DNA from: Chiloscyllium plagiosum
Lineage: Eukaryota
NCBI RefSeq assembly: GCF_004010195.1
Contig: NC_057719.1
Span: 28,868,556 to 28,932,555, forward strand
Length of the DNA stretch: 64,000 nucleotides
Direction of reading: 5' to 3'
Of the stretch, positions 48,501-61,852 are shown piece by piece (the stretch's first letter is position 1; each line of letters opens with the position of its first letter). The notes under the pieces are model-generated. The model searched no databases. It was not told the origin of the DNA and saw only the letters and a list, made by a program, of their open reading frames with translations. The translations under genes and the position numbers were made by a program.

Positions 48501-50767
48501 GTTTAAAACTCCCAACAACACTACCAAAATGCCCAACAAAGAACTCAGCCCCATTCTTATTTAAGTTCAACCCAACACGTGGTCATCTCGTACTCAGGTA
48601 GGGTCCATGACTTTTCACACATTCCACTCTACCAAGCTGAGATGCCATATCTTAAAATTGTTTCTCTTTGTGTAATCTTTACTTTGGACCCTACCAGAGT
48701 ACTAGATGACCACATGTGCAGAAAATGCTGCCAGCTGCAGAAACTTAAGCTCTCAGTTTTTGAGCTGTAGTAACCATGGTACATGTGTGAGATAGAGAGA
48801 TGCATGGATCACATGTACAGAGTGGTATTCACACAGCAGCTTAAGACTTTGGACTAAAGGTCTGTTTTTATGCTGACTGTAACTGGAGAAGAAGGTAGAG
48901 AGCTGCCTTCTTCAACCACTGGAGTCTCTGGAATGTAGGAGCGCCCATTGTGCTGTTAAGAAGGAAGTTGCAAGATTTTGACTAAGCGACACTGAAGGAA
49001 TGTGGATGTACTTTCAGGAATGGAATATGACTGGGAGGGGAACTTACAGATGGTGGGCTTCCATGTATCTACTGTTCATATCCTTCTAGCTGGTACAAGT
49101 TGTGGGTTTTGGAAGGTGTTGTTGAAGGACCCTTAGCATATTATATTAAAGGCCCTTTATAGATGTAAGTTATTATTGAATTTTGCACATATTCCTTGCT
49201 CTGTTGTTGCACAATTGTTGTGGCTATTCACTAGTAGAGTGTGTCGTGTGTTTCCTGTGTAAGTTACTTGAAAATGAAACTATTTAAATTCTGGAATAAT
49301 TCCATTCTAGAAATATTGTGAGCAGCTTATACCCCAGGAAGTATAAGTGCAGAGGTAGTGCAGCCTTTGTAAAGTCTGTAACCATCATTAATACACACAG
49401 AGGTCAACAAGGAGCTGCTATATTATGTTTCCTGGATCCCTTTGCATTTTGTCCAGTCAAGGGTACCTCCCATTTTCATCTATGGTGCTTCTTGTCAGAA
49501 ACTCAAGCGGTTATAGGCCAGCTGTACCCAGAGAACAATAGACAATATTACATCTCACCAGGCAGGTTGTGAGACATGACTGAGGATCTTTGCAAAGCTG
49601 GTCATATGGATTGACAATTGCAGACTTGGACAATTGCATCTTTGGGGATGAAGATCTTTTATAACTCTTCAAAGATATATGTTGCCGAGATACACTGCTC
49701 TAGATGGTTGCATCTGGTAGCTGGTATCTTGTGCTATTCTTCATTTGTCTCCTCAACTTCATATTTTCTTCCTCCTCCTCCTCCTCATCCTCCATACAGA
49801 GAATGGCATACAGAGGTCTGCCCTTGAAAAGTTGCACCATTCTCAATATCATTCCTACTCAGAAGAAGTAATTTGTGTGGGTGTTCTAAAATCATTCTTT
49901 ACACTCTATAAGTGATGCCTGGGGACAGAATTCTCTGATACACATTTGCAAACATTCACTGTGCACTGGATTGGATGTCAGATTGCTGAGGTGTGAGCTT
50001 GCAACCAGTCAACATCCTCCAAAAATGCACAGGGTAGGTAGAATATTCAATCAATCAATGAGATATTTTGGAGCTTAATGCTCCAGCCAACTCCCATTCT
50101 TATCCTTAGTTGCTGGTTGATTAGTTCTAGTTGCAATTACAATTTCACATATAATTGTTTCTTTCTATACTTGTTTCAAATTGTAAAATTCTACAGAAAT
50201 AATGTACCAAAAGATGACTTCCAAACTCTAAGACTTCTCCACACACCAGTGACTACTAGACATGATTGCTTATCTTACGATTGTAGTTTGCCATCCTCTT
50301 GGAATACAGAATCATTGGGAGAATGAACATTGGCCATGCAGAATAGAACATGCTTCCAAAAGATGAAGGATGATGAGCAAGTAAAGGAACAAGAGGAACA
50401 GATAGAAGTGACAAAGGTGAGAGGTGAGAACCTCAATGACAGCCTCTGTTTCCTGCGTTGTATGTGATGAACTGTTTCAAGTCAGATAACCCAATTTCCT
50501 CTTCACCTATAGTATCATGATCCTTACTATCCTCTATCACTGATTATCACATCATCACCATCACAATGATAACCATTCTAAACCAAATATATGAAATTTT
50601 GCACACAAATATAAGCTAATCACGCTTATGCATTCTTAACTTTGGGCCCCTACTAGCCAATGAACAGCATTGCAACAATCCTTTAGGTGACCATACAGGC
50701 TGTGGCATGCCATCTGCAGTAATCAGATTACTCACACGAGCTATCCAATTTTACACATGATTTTTTA

Positions 50768-52144
50768 ATAAGATTGCAGTTAAAAAGCAGTTCTTCCTGA
50801 AAATGGAGAGTGGAGAAATGGAAGGTGAGGAATTGAAATTTCTTTCTAATATAGACTGAGGAGCTGAAAATTGCAAAATTGAATCACTACAACATAGCCA
50901 CTCGTGGGCAAGTTGGATTGTAGTGTGACATTGGATTAGTGTGGTGTTGGAAAAGCACAGCAGGTCAGGCAGCATCCCAGGAGCAGGAAAATCGACGTTT
51001 CGGGCAAAAGGCCTTAATCAGAAATAGAAGCNNNNNNNNNGCAGGTAGGACAGGTCATGGGAACGGTGCTGAGCTGGAAGGTTGTAACTGGGATAAGGTG
51101 GCGGGAGGCGAAATGAGGAAACTGGTGAAGTCCACATTGATGCCCTGGGGTTGAAGTGTTCCAAGGTGGAAGATGAGGCGTTCTTCCTCCAGGCGTCGGG
51201 TGGTGAGGGAGCGGTGGTGGAGGAGGCCCAGGACCTGCATGTCCTCGGCAGAGTGGGAGGGGGAGTTGAAATGTTGGTGGGGTTGATTGGTGTGGGTGTC
51301 CCGGAGATGTCCCTCAAGGAGGCATCCAGTCTCCTCGATGTAGAGAAGGCCATATTGGGAGCAAAAGATACAATAAATGACATTGGTGGATGTGCAGGTT
51401 TTTACCTGTAGTGTGATATTGCTAACTTTGATGATATAGATGATAAATTTTGACACGATTATTTATTTTGTTAAAGTTAAAAAAGTTACATCTGGCATTC
51501 AGATTTTGTAGGTTACCTATCTCTGCAGTCACAAAATATGTCTTAGCAAAAGACAGAAAGCCAAGAGATGATTTGTCCCAGCTTCTGACAACCTACTGGA
51601 CCCAGTTTTGCCAAACATGGGCATTAAGTCTTCTATTTACAAAGTCAGTAAGTTGAATAATGTTTTAGGCATGGCTTTCCCAGTGCTTTTCCTGCCTTTA
51701 TCAATATACCAGATGGCATTTTTCTGGTGGAAAATGAGTATGCTTGTTACATTGCTTAGATATCTGCTTTGCTCCAGATAAACAGAGAAACAAATTTCCA
51801 GGCCAAGATCTGAAAGATGCCTCTGATTTCTGAGCAGATTCTCTTTAACTGCTGAGTTCCTAAACGCAATGTACTATGGTGGGACAGTTGGGAAACCAGG
51901 TGAGATGTCCGATGAGGAACCTTTGTGACATTGAGAGCAAAGAGTCCCATCTTCCAACTAAGTGTTGAACAGCTGGACAAGATTTTTGCTTGTGAGAGGT
52001 TTATTTGCATATATTAGCATGAATTAACATCTCATTATGACTTTTCATCTCCTCAGCCAATATTACAAAGAAATTTCAATTCCTCACCTTCTATTTCTCC
52101 ACTCTCCATTTTCAGGAAGAACAGCTTTTTAACTGCAATCTTAT
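50768..52144. repeat. 103-bp inverted repeat pair (50768-50870 / 52042-52144)
   Basis: ataagattgcagttaaaaagc.gttcttcctgaaaatggagagtggagaaat.gaaggtgaggaattgaaatttcttt.. and its reverse complement; about 6 mismatches by eye. Confidence 0.9.
50934..51406 (-). mobile_element. Penelope-like fragment (GIY-YIG + tail) with 15-bp TSD; contains a 9-N gap at 51032-51040
   Basis: TCTSTNVIYCIFCSQYGLLYIEETG; tgtagtgtga(c/t)attg at 50919-50933 and 51407-51421; mutated hammerhead-like core at 50994-51021. Confidence 0.88.
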
Positions 52145-53385
52145 GTGTTAATATCACGTTTTCCATTATCCCATCTGCCTGATAGAAACGAGATGCTGAA
52201 AATCCCTGACAAGGAAATCAGAGCAGCTACCTGGCAATTCCAATTCACCATTTACTTCACCAGATTTCTATCTTGGACACCTTTGCCAACATTTCAGATC
52301 ACACTACATTGGCAGCAGTCACATGCACCCCACTTCCATAGGCATCAGTATCTGACAAGAACCAGTCTCAGCACATCATCATGAAACATACCCAAACTAC
52401 CTACACTTCAGGTCAGTCTGCAATGTTGCACTTTGGAAGGCAATGACATGTCTCATTGCAGAACAAGATTTACAAGATTTACAAACCTTATCGATTTGAC
52501 CAAGCTGTACCTCATGGTTCTTCACTCTTAATGCTCATTTAATTGGTGTATACTGCAATTCTGGCCTTCCCTTGCCTTGCAGCACTTTGCCACCTCAGCC
52601 ACACTGTAAAGGCTCACAGGACTTTGGTATTGCCAAATCCAAGATGGAGTACAGAAAAAATTTCTGGCTGTAACAGCTGCTCCTTTTTTGAGGTATTTTA
52701 GGTGTTGGAGGTGATTTCCTCGAATTCCAGGAGCAGCAATTACTGCTTAATATGCTGTTGCATTGTTTTGGAACTTTGGAGAAAAAAAGTCAAAACAACA
52801 GCATCTTTAGAAGGGAGAGGAATGGACAAAGGAAGCACATGGTGAGGTCAGTGCAGGAGAGAGAGAGAGAAAGAAACCCACATTGCTAACTGATAGAGCA
52901 GTGAACCTGCACAGTTACTGCCTTTGCTGTTGAATTCATGTATCGCTGGACATTGGAGTGTGTCTGGGAACAGTGAAATTCACAACTGATCTTGGAGGAA
53001 GCTGTTTGGGAGAGGACACAGCACAGAAACAATAAGTGGATATTTTAAGTGTGGCCTTATGTTAAGTCTGTAGTAGTGAGTGGAGTGGGTTCTTTCTTGA
53101 TTATATGCTTTAATGAGATATGTCTCTTGATTAAACTTAAAATATAAGCCATAAGTATTAATTTAACCTGGAGCAGTGTTTTGAAAAGGAATAAGTCAGT
53201 GCTATTTTCTGGGTCTACAGATTGAAAGAAGCAAAAATAGCCTTTAGTAGAGTGATATGCTCTTCTTGTCGATGTGGGAGTTTAGGGAGAGTTTATGAGT
53301 TACTGAGGTTTATATCTGCAATAATTGCCGTTGGTTACAAATCCTATAAGATTGAATGGATCGGTTGAAGAGGTAATTAGAGGCA

Positions 53386-54067
53386 ATGAGGAATTTGCAA
53401 CAGCAACAGTATGTGATGAACAGCAGTTATAGGAAGGGGGGAATGTCTCAGATACAGTCACATAGGTGGGTTAACTCCAGTAAAGGTAAGAGAAGTAGGC
53501 AGCTAGTGCAGGAGTCTTCTGTGGCTATCCCCATTTCAAACAAGTATGCTGTTTTGGAAAGTATAGTGGGTGATGCATTCTCAGGGGAACGTAGAACAAA
53601 CAGCCAAGTTTTTGGTATTGAGACTGGCTCTAATGCAATGAGGGGTACGTTGGGTCCCAAGAGATCGATTGTGTTAGGGGACTGTCTAGTCCGAGGCACA
53701 GACAGAGGTTTCTATGGCCAGCAGCAAAAAATCAGAATGGTGTGTTTTTTCCCTGGCGCCAGGATCAAGGATGTCTCAGAGAGGGTGCAGAATGTTCTCA
53801 AGGGGGAGAGGGACCAGCAGGAGGTCATTGTCCACATTGGAACCAACAATATCGGAAGAGAAAAGGTTGAGATTCTGAAGAGAGATTACAGAGAGTTAGG
53901 CAGGAATTTAAAAAGGAGGTCCTCAAGAGTAGTGATATCTGGATTACCCCCGGTGCTACGAGCTAATGAGGGCAGGAATACGAGGGTAGAGTAGAGGATG
54001 GCTGAGGAGCTGTTGTATGGGAGAAGGATTCACATTTTTGGATCACTGGAAGCTCTTTTGGGGTAGA
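53386..54067 (+). pseudogene. CR1 ORF1 with SGNH/GDSL esterase domain (continues at 54824 after a nested insertion)
   Basis: IVLGDCLVRGTDR (degenerate GDS block I), PGA (block II), VHIGTNN (block III), DGLHL at ~54842 (block V). Confidence 0.88.
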
Positions 54068-54823
54068 AAGCAAATCTCAGCAGGATTTATACACTTAATG
54101 GTAAGGTCCTAGGGAGTGTTGCTGAACAAAGAGACCTTGGAGTGCAGGTTCATAGCTCCTTGAAAGTGGAGTCGCAGGTAGATAGGACAGTGAAGGCGGC
54201 GTTTGGTATGCTTTCCTTTATTGGTCAGAGTATTGAGTATAGGAGTTGGGAGGTCATGTTGTGGCTGTACAGGACATTGGTTAGGCCACTGTTGGAATAT
54301 TGCGTGCAATTCTGGTCTCCTTCCTATCGGAAAGATGTTGTGAAACTTGAAAGGGTTCAGAAAAGATTTACAAGGATGTTGCCAGAGTTGGAGGATCTGA
54401 GCTACAGGGAGAGGCTGAACAGGCTGGGGCTGTTTTCCCTGGAGCATTGGAGGCTGAGGGGTGACCTTATAGAGGTTTACAAAATTATAAGGGGCATGGA
54501 TAGGATAAATAGACAAAGTCTTTTCCTGGGGTTGGGGAGTCCAGAACTAGAGGGCATAGGTTTAGGGTGAGAGGGGAAAGATATAAAAGAGTCCAAAGGG
54601 GCAGATGGTGGTATGTGTATGGAATGAGCTGCCAGAGGATGTGGTGGAGGCTGGTACAATTGGAACATTTAAGAGGAATTTGGATGGGTATATGAATAGG
54701 AAGGGTTTGGAGGGATATGGGCCGGGTGCTGGCAGGTGGGACTAGATTGGGTTGGGATATCTGGTCGGCACGGACGGGTTGGACCGAAGGGTCTGTTTCC
54801 ATGCTGTACATCTCTATGACTCT
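54068..54823 (+). mobile_element. CR1 3' fragment nested in ORF1 of a same-family CR1
   Basis: LYRTLVRPLLEYCVQFWSP..LERVQKRFTRMLP..RLRGDLIEVYKI, tail ctctatgactcta; host ORF1 resumes with agtgacctgtacaagaaggatgg. Confidence 0.92.
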
Positions 54824-57800
54824 AAGTGACCTGTACAAGAAGGATGGATTGCACCTGATTTGGAAGGGGACTAATATACTGGCAGGGAGATTTGCTTGAC
54901 CTGCTCAGGAGGATTTAAACTAGTAAGGCGGTGGGGGGCTGGGGTGGGACCCAGGGAGATAGTGAGGAAAGAGATCAATCTGAGACCGGTACAGTTGAGA
55001 ACAAGGGCAATTCAAACAGTCAGGGCAGGCAGAGACAAAGCAGAGAACAAGGACTAATAAATTAAACTGCATTTATTTCAATGCAAGGGGCCTAAGAGAG
55101 AAGACAGATGAACCCAGGGCTTGGTTAGGAACGTGGGACTGGGATATCATAGCAATTACAGAAACATGGCTCAGGAATGGATAGGACTGGCAGCTTAATG
55201 TTCCGGGATACAAATGCTACAGGAAGGGCAGAAAGAGAGGCAACAGAGGAGGGGGAGTGCTAGTTTTGATAAAGTATAGCATTTCAGCTGTACTGAGGGA
55301 GGATATTCCCAGAAATACATCCAGGGAAGTTATTTGGATGGAACTGAAAAAATGAAAGGGATGATCACCTTATTGGGATTATATTATAGACCCCCTAATA
55401 GTCAGAGGGAAATAGAGAAACAAATTTGTAAGGAGATCTCAGTTATCTGTAAAACATAATAAGGTGTCAATGGTAGGGGATTTTAACTTTCCAAACATAG
55501 ACTGAGACTACCATACTGTTAAGGATTTAGATGGAAAGGAATTTGTTAAGTGCGTGCAAGAAAATTCTCTGAGTCAGTATGTGGATGTACCTAGTAGAAA
55601 AGGTGTAAAACTTGGCCTACTCTTGGGAAATAAGGCAGGGCAGGTGACTGAGGTGTCGGTGGAAGAGCACTTTGTGGCCAGCAACCCATAATTCTATTAG
55701 TTTTAAAATAATGATGGAAAAGGATAGACCAGATATAAAAGTTAAGTTCTAAATTGGAGAAAGGCTAATTTTAACGGAATTAGGCAAGAACTTCCAAAAG
55801 CTGATTGGGGGGAAATATTTGCAAGTAAAGGAACGACTGGAAAATGGGAAGCCTTCAGAATGAGGTAACGAGAGTCCAGAGAAAGTATGTTCCTGTGAGG
55901 GTGAAAGGAAAGGCTAGAGGTATAGGGAATATAGGGAGAGAATAGGACCCCTCAAAGATCAGCAATGCGACCTTTGTGTGGAGCCGCAGGAAATGGGGGA
56001 GATACTAAATGAATATTTTGCATCAGTATTTATTGTGGAAAAAGACATAGAGGATATAGAATGTAGGGAAATAGATGGTGACATCTTGAAAAATGTCCAT
56101 ATTACAGATCAGGTGTATCCTAGAACTCTGTGGGAAGCGAGAGAAGTGATTGCTGGGCCTCTTGCTGAGATATTTGTATCATTGATAGTCACAGGTGAGG
56201 TGCCAGAAGACTGGAGGTTGGCTAACATGGTGCCACTGTTTAAGAAGGGTGGTAAGGACAAGCCAAGGAACTATAGAGCAGTGAGCCAGACATCGTTGGT
56301 GGGTATGTTGTTGGAGCGAATCCTGAGGGACAGGTTGTACATGTATTTGGAAAGGCAAGGACTGATTAGGAATAGTCAACATGACTTTGTGCATGGGAAA
56401 TCATGTCTCACAAACTTGATTGAGTTTTTTGAAGAAGTAGCAAAGAGGATTGATGAGGGCAGAGCAGTAGATGTGATCTATATGGACTTCAGTTAGGTGT
56501 TTGACAAAGATCCCCATGGGAGACTGATTAGCAAGGTTAGATCTCATGGAATATAGGGACAACTAGCCATTTGGATACAGAACTGGTTCAAAGGTAGAAG
56601 ATAGAGGGTGGTGGTGGAGGGTTGTTTTTCAGATTGAAGGCCTGTGACCAGTGGCGTGCCACAAGAATCGGTGCTGGGTCCACTGCTTTTCATCATTTAT
56701 ATAAATGATTTGGATGTGAACATAAGAAGTATAGTTAGTAAGTTTGCAGATGACACCAAAATTGGAGGTGTAGTAGACAGTGAAGAGTGTTACCTCAGAT
56801 TACAATGGGATCTTGATGAGATGGGCCAGTGGGCTAAGAAGTGGCAGATGGAGTTTAATTCAGATAAATGCGGGGTGCTGCATTTTGGGAAAGCAAATCT
56901 TAGCAGGACTTATACACTTAATAGTAAGGTCCTAGCAGGTGTTGCTGCACAAAGACACCTTGGAGTGCAGGTTCATAGCTCCTTGAAAGTGGAGTCGCAG
57001 GTAGATACGATAGTGAAGAAGGTGTTTGGTATGATCACACCCACAGCATTTGTCAACGGCCAACTTAGCAAAAGCACTTAGCACACAGCTATGTCTAAAA
57101 GTCAAAGGGGAGTAATCTTCAGTCAAGTCAAAGGTCATTGCCATTAATTAAGGCGTTCTCAGTACAGTTGGTTAAGAGCATTATGTGTTCAAAGTCCTGG
57201 GGCTTGAGTATGGTCAGTCATCTGCTCAGGGTGGTCACGATCAGGCCTCTGTTGCTGTATAGTCTGGGGAGTAAGCACGGTCAATTCTATGGATCAGTGC
57301 AAACAGTTATGGACTTTGCAGAACATTAGTTATGGAGTTGCATGGACAGCAATCAGGGAATTAGGCAATTATCAGTTGGGGCTGTCCATCCAAGTCATTC
57401 AGGAGTGGGCCATGGTCAGTCCCAGGGTAAGCAAAATGAAATTCAATGGAGTATGAGGACACTCTGCTGTGATAGGAAAATGGGGGAATTCAATGCTGGG
57501 GATTATAAATACCAACATGGGATGTGGAAGGGACAAGGATTGTGAAAGGGAGAAATTCAACATATAAGGTAGGGAGGCAATAGTGAATATGAGGACATGG
57601 GACGGTTATCGACGGCCTTCATCACTGAAACCTCGATAGAGAGAGTGCATCACAATGGCAGTCAGAAATATATACAGGCTATTCAGCCCTTTGAGCCTGT
57701 GCAGCCATTAAATATGCTTGTGGCTAATCATCCAAATCAGGAAGTTTAATAATTATGTCCAGTCCTTCATAAAAATATTCAATGTTATGCCCTCAACCAC

Positions 57801-57867
57801 TTTTGGTGGCAGAGAATTCCACAGGCTCAACACACTCCGGGACAAGAAATTTCTTCTAATCTCAGAC

Positions 57868-58835
57868 GTCTGTTGTTTGTGAAATACAAAAGTGATCTGT
57901 AGGAACATATAGGTGGTCTGATTAGCAAGTTTGCAGATGACACCAAGATTGGTGAAGTAGCAGATAGTGAAGGGGACTGTCAGAGAATACAGCAGTACAT
58001 CGATAGATTGGAGAGTTGGGCAGAGAAATGGCAGATGGAGTTCAAACTGGGCAAATGCGAGGTGTTGCATTTTGGAAGATCAAATTCAAGAGCGAACCAC
58101 ACAGTAAATGGAAAAGTCCTGGGGGAAGTTGATATACAGAGAGATCTGAGTGTTCAGGTCCATTGTTCCCTGAGATGGCAATGCAGGTCAATAGAGGGGT
58201 CAAAAAGGCATAAGGCATGCGTTCCTTCATCGGACAGGGTATTGAGTACAAGAGTTGGCAGGTCATGTTACAGTTGTATAAGATTTTGGTTCGGCCACAT
58301 TTGGAATACTGCATATAGTTCTGGTCACCACATTACCAAAAGAATGTGGATGCTTTGGAGAGGGTGCAGAGGAGGTTCACCAGGATGTTGCCTGTATGGA
58401 GGGTGCTAGCTATGAAGAGAGGTTGAGTAGATTAGGATTATTTTCATTGGAAAGTTAGAGGTTGAGGGGGAACCTGATTGAGGTCTTCAAAATCATGAAA
58501 GGTATAGACAGGGTGGATAGCAAGAAGCTTTTTTGCATACTAAGGTTCACGAGGTCAAAGTGAGAGGGGAAAAGTATAGCGGAGATATGTGTGGAAAGTT
58601 CTTTATGCAGAGGGTGGTGGCTGCCTGGAACATGTTGCCAGCAGAGTTGGTAGAGGCGGGCACAATAGTGTCTTTTAAGATGTATCTAGACAGATACATG
58701 AATGAGCAGGGAGCAAAGGGATACAGACCCTTAGAAAATAGGTGACAGGTTTAGATAGAGGATCTGGATTGGTGCAGGCCTGGACGGCTGAAGGGCCTGT
58801 TGCTGTGCTGTAATTTCCTTTGTTCTTTGTTCTAA
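57868..58835 (+). mobile_element. CR1 3' fragment of a different subfamily, (tgttctt)n tail
   Basis: SKFADDTKIG, WAEKWQMEF..KCEVLHFG; inserted in an older minus-strand CR1. Confidence 0.9.
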
Positions 58836-60680
58836 TTAGCCTACCCTATGTCCTTAAACTGTGATCCTTGATTCTGGACCCCTTAATCATTCGAAATATC
58901 CTTACTGTGTTCACCTTATGCAGTCCTGTTTGAATTTTAGACATTTCTATGAGATGCCCCTCATTTTTCTAAACTCCAGTGAATATAATTCTAATGGATC
59001 CAATCTCTTGCCATTAGTTGGTCCTGCTATCCCAAACATTTGCTGCACTTGCTCCATAGACAGAACCTCCTTCCACAGTTAAGGAGACAAAACTGCATAC
59101 AATGCTTCAGGTATGGTTTCACCAAGACCCTATACAATTGCAGTAAGACATCCCTATTCTTGTACTCAAATATTCTCACTATGAAGGCCATCATATCATC
59201 TGCCTTCTTCACCATTACTGCACTAGAATGCTTACTTTTGCTGACTTGTGTACGAGTCTCATTGCACCCCACACTTTCTCAGTCTATTGTAATTCAGATA
59301 ATAACCGGCTTCCAGTTTATGACAGCAAGGTGGATAACCTCACGTTTTTCAAATTATACTTCATCTACTGTGCATTTGCCAACTTACTCAACTTGTCAAA
59401 CCACACTAAAGCATCTCTGCATTCTCCTCAGAGTTCACCCTCCCACCCAGCTTTGTGTTGTCTGGAGGCAGAGGGGGTCATAGATCAGAGTTATAGGGAA
59501 GTAGTAACTCACTCAACTTGTCAAACCACACTAAAGCATCTCTGCATTCTCCTCAGAGTTCACCCTCCCACCCAGCTTTGTGTTGTCTGGAAACTTGGAG
59601 ACATTACATTTGGATTTCTCATCTAGATCATCAATATATATTGTCAATAGCTGAGGTCCAAGCACTAATCCATACGGTCCCCCACTAGTCACTCCATGTT
59701 GCTTGGAAAAATAGCCATTTATCTTTGTTTCCTGTGGCCAACCAGATCCATATCCATATGAGTAGACTACCACCAATCCTCTGCACTTTAATTTTACATG
59801 CTAATCTCTTGTATGTGCCCTCATTGAAAACCTTCTGAACGTTCAAGTAAACCCCTTCCACTGGCTCCCTCTTATCACTTCTAATAGTTACAAACTTGAA
59901 GAAAAATCCAGTAAATCCATCCAGCATGACAAATAAGTTATTTAATAAATGCATTCTGACTTTGTCCAATTCTGTCATTGTTTTCCAAGTGCTCTGTGAT
60001 TAAACCTTTTATAAAAGACTCTAGCATTTTTCCTACTATAAATTTCAGACTACCTGATTATAATTCCCAGTTTTCTCTCTACCCACTGTGGACTTACATT
60101 AGTTACTCTATCCAAAGGAACTGTTCCAGAGTCTTTAGAATCTTGAAAGATCCAGGGTCACCTCCTTAAGTACTCTGGGGTGTAGATTATCAGGCCCTGG
60201 GGCTTTATTGGCCTTTAATCCCATTAATTTCCCCAACATCATTTCTTTACCAATATTGATTTCCTTTCTGTCCTCTGCAGTCAATTCTGCCCTCATTCCT
60301 TTGTAATTACCCTTAATTAAGTTGACCAGAGTTATTTCCAATCCAAGTTTCTCATTCTGACTATTAAATTCTACCATGTTGTTTTCACTATTTCCTAGGG
60401 GTTCTTTATTCTGACATACTTTATTAAACTTGCCTTATTACACAGTACTAGATCCCTGGTTGGGTCCACAATACTGTATATTGTTCTTGGAAAGTGTCCT
60501 GAATATACTCTATAAATTATTTCTCATAGCTACCTTTATCTATTTTAATTTCCTACTCAACATGAAGGTTAAAGTCACTCATGATTCATATACAGCCTTT
60601 TTATATGCCCTCATTATTTTCTGATTTATTTTCTGTTCTAAGGAATGGCTACTGTTAGGGGGCCCATAAACAATGCCCAT
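58836..60680 (-). mobile_element. Older CR1, heavily deleted (tail part at ~57660-57867)
   Basis: LLQLYRVLVKPYL, GLVLGPQLLTIYIDDLD..SKFPDNTKLGG, KAPGPDNLHPRVLKE, VYGPPNS. Confidence 0.88.
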
Positions 60681-61782
60681 CAGTTGCATTAGGAAGCATT
60701 GGGAGTTTGATTGCCAGCTCCTGCAGTCGGGTACACCATGCTGACAGGTGAGATGAAATGTTTGATCTGTTGCTGGCATGTTAACAGAAAGCACTTGATG
60801 GCTATACAGCAAAATGATTTCCACTGGCTGTTAAATACTCAGCTTTATCTTTGACATTTGATGGTACAGAAAATCCCTTTTAATTAGCGCAAATCTAAAT
60901 GAGGTTATTGTGCTGTTACCTCCTTTCAATCAAAAAAAAACAACCACAGCTGGTGCACAGTGACCATTATCTCCCTCATCCAGCACCAAGCTCCTATGTG
61001 ATGAAAGGTAGATTTGTTTATGTTCCAGCTTTGAATCAAGCTGATTGAGTTATTTATGAGCTTTTCTCCTTTGCTTCCTGCTTTTTAAACCAGTTTGGAT
61101 TCAACATGTTTTTACTAGCTGTTAGTAAATTTTAGTTTCCTCACTGTACACATTTTCTTTCTTGTCACTGGATATTTTTGTCATTTCCAATGCAGATTGA
61201 GTTTGTGACATGTGACATGTACCCGTATAATTTTCTTCTGTACTTGAAATCTCACAGGCTTGCTACACACAGGCTTTTCTGCCTGGCCATGTGGAAGAAC
61301 TAGTTTCAGGGCTCTGAGGTAAATTTAAGACATTTTAAGAAAGGATGAGAATCTCTAGTCTATACTGATATGTCACTGAGAGCACTAAAGGGGAAGTCAG
61401 CCCATACAAATAGTTAAACTGATGCTTCTTGGCATTAGAGTTGGAAAGTTAAAAGTTATGATAGCTGACATGATACAAACTATACTGGATGATTAATTCA
61501 ACCATGCTGCAGAGAAGTGTCTGTTATGTCATTACCTTAGATACTTGGGATGACAGCTGCTGGAAAGTATTATCTGTATTTCCAGAATTTACATCGAGCA
61601 TGACTAAGTTGCAGAGAAGCAAGCAGATGCTGATGATGTTCTCCTCCTCTAACATGTGCAAACACATCTTATATACTTCTATAACGTGATCTCTCAATCA
61701 ATTCCTTTGCTTTCGTCAAAACTCAATCTTTGACACCAGGTTAGTTCATCTTAGTATTGATTCCAGGGCTTGAATTTCTTAC

Positions 61783-61852
61783 CTGTGTTTGTGATCAGAA
61801 TTGCACAAAGTATCAAAGTGCAGAGAAAACAGATGTTATATTGTTGCAGCAT
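61783..61852 (-). CDS. Candidate signal-peptide (leader) exon
   Basis: gtcATG..MLQQYNICFLCTLILCAILITNT+G, then CAG|GTAAGA donor (phase 1); TATA-like tatatatag ~50 nt upstream; downstream exons not identified. Confidence 0.3.

Larger units (their letters stand above)
52660..57032 (+). mobile_element. Near-full-length CR1 LINE (5' UTR, ORF1, ORF2), internally deleted and 3'-truncated
   Basis: ORF1 Cys-pair region ~53258-53330; ORF2 KLNCIYFNARG, ITETW, YRPP, GDFN, VPEDWRLAN, SCLTNLIEFF, VPQESVLGP, FADDTK; 5' boundary approximate. Confidence 0.93.

Noticed and set aside
50320-52560. Very old Harbinger transposase fragments (LAMQN + acidic run at ~50330; FFTLNAHLI at ~52518)
   Set aside because: Similarity is too short to support by eye.
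53386-53994. 202-aa ORF as a host SGNH esterase gene
   Set aside because: It is CR1 ORF1: the GDS serine position reads Cys, a stop and a nested insertion follow, and ORF2 lies downstream.
61223-61852. Three-exon chemokine gene
   Set aside because: Exon phases and cysteine pattern do not assemble into a CC, CXC or CX3C fold; only the leader exon is kept as a candidate.
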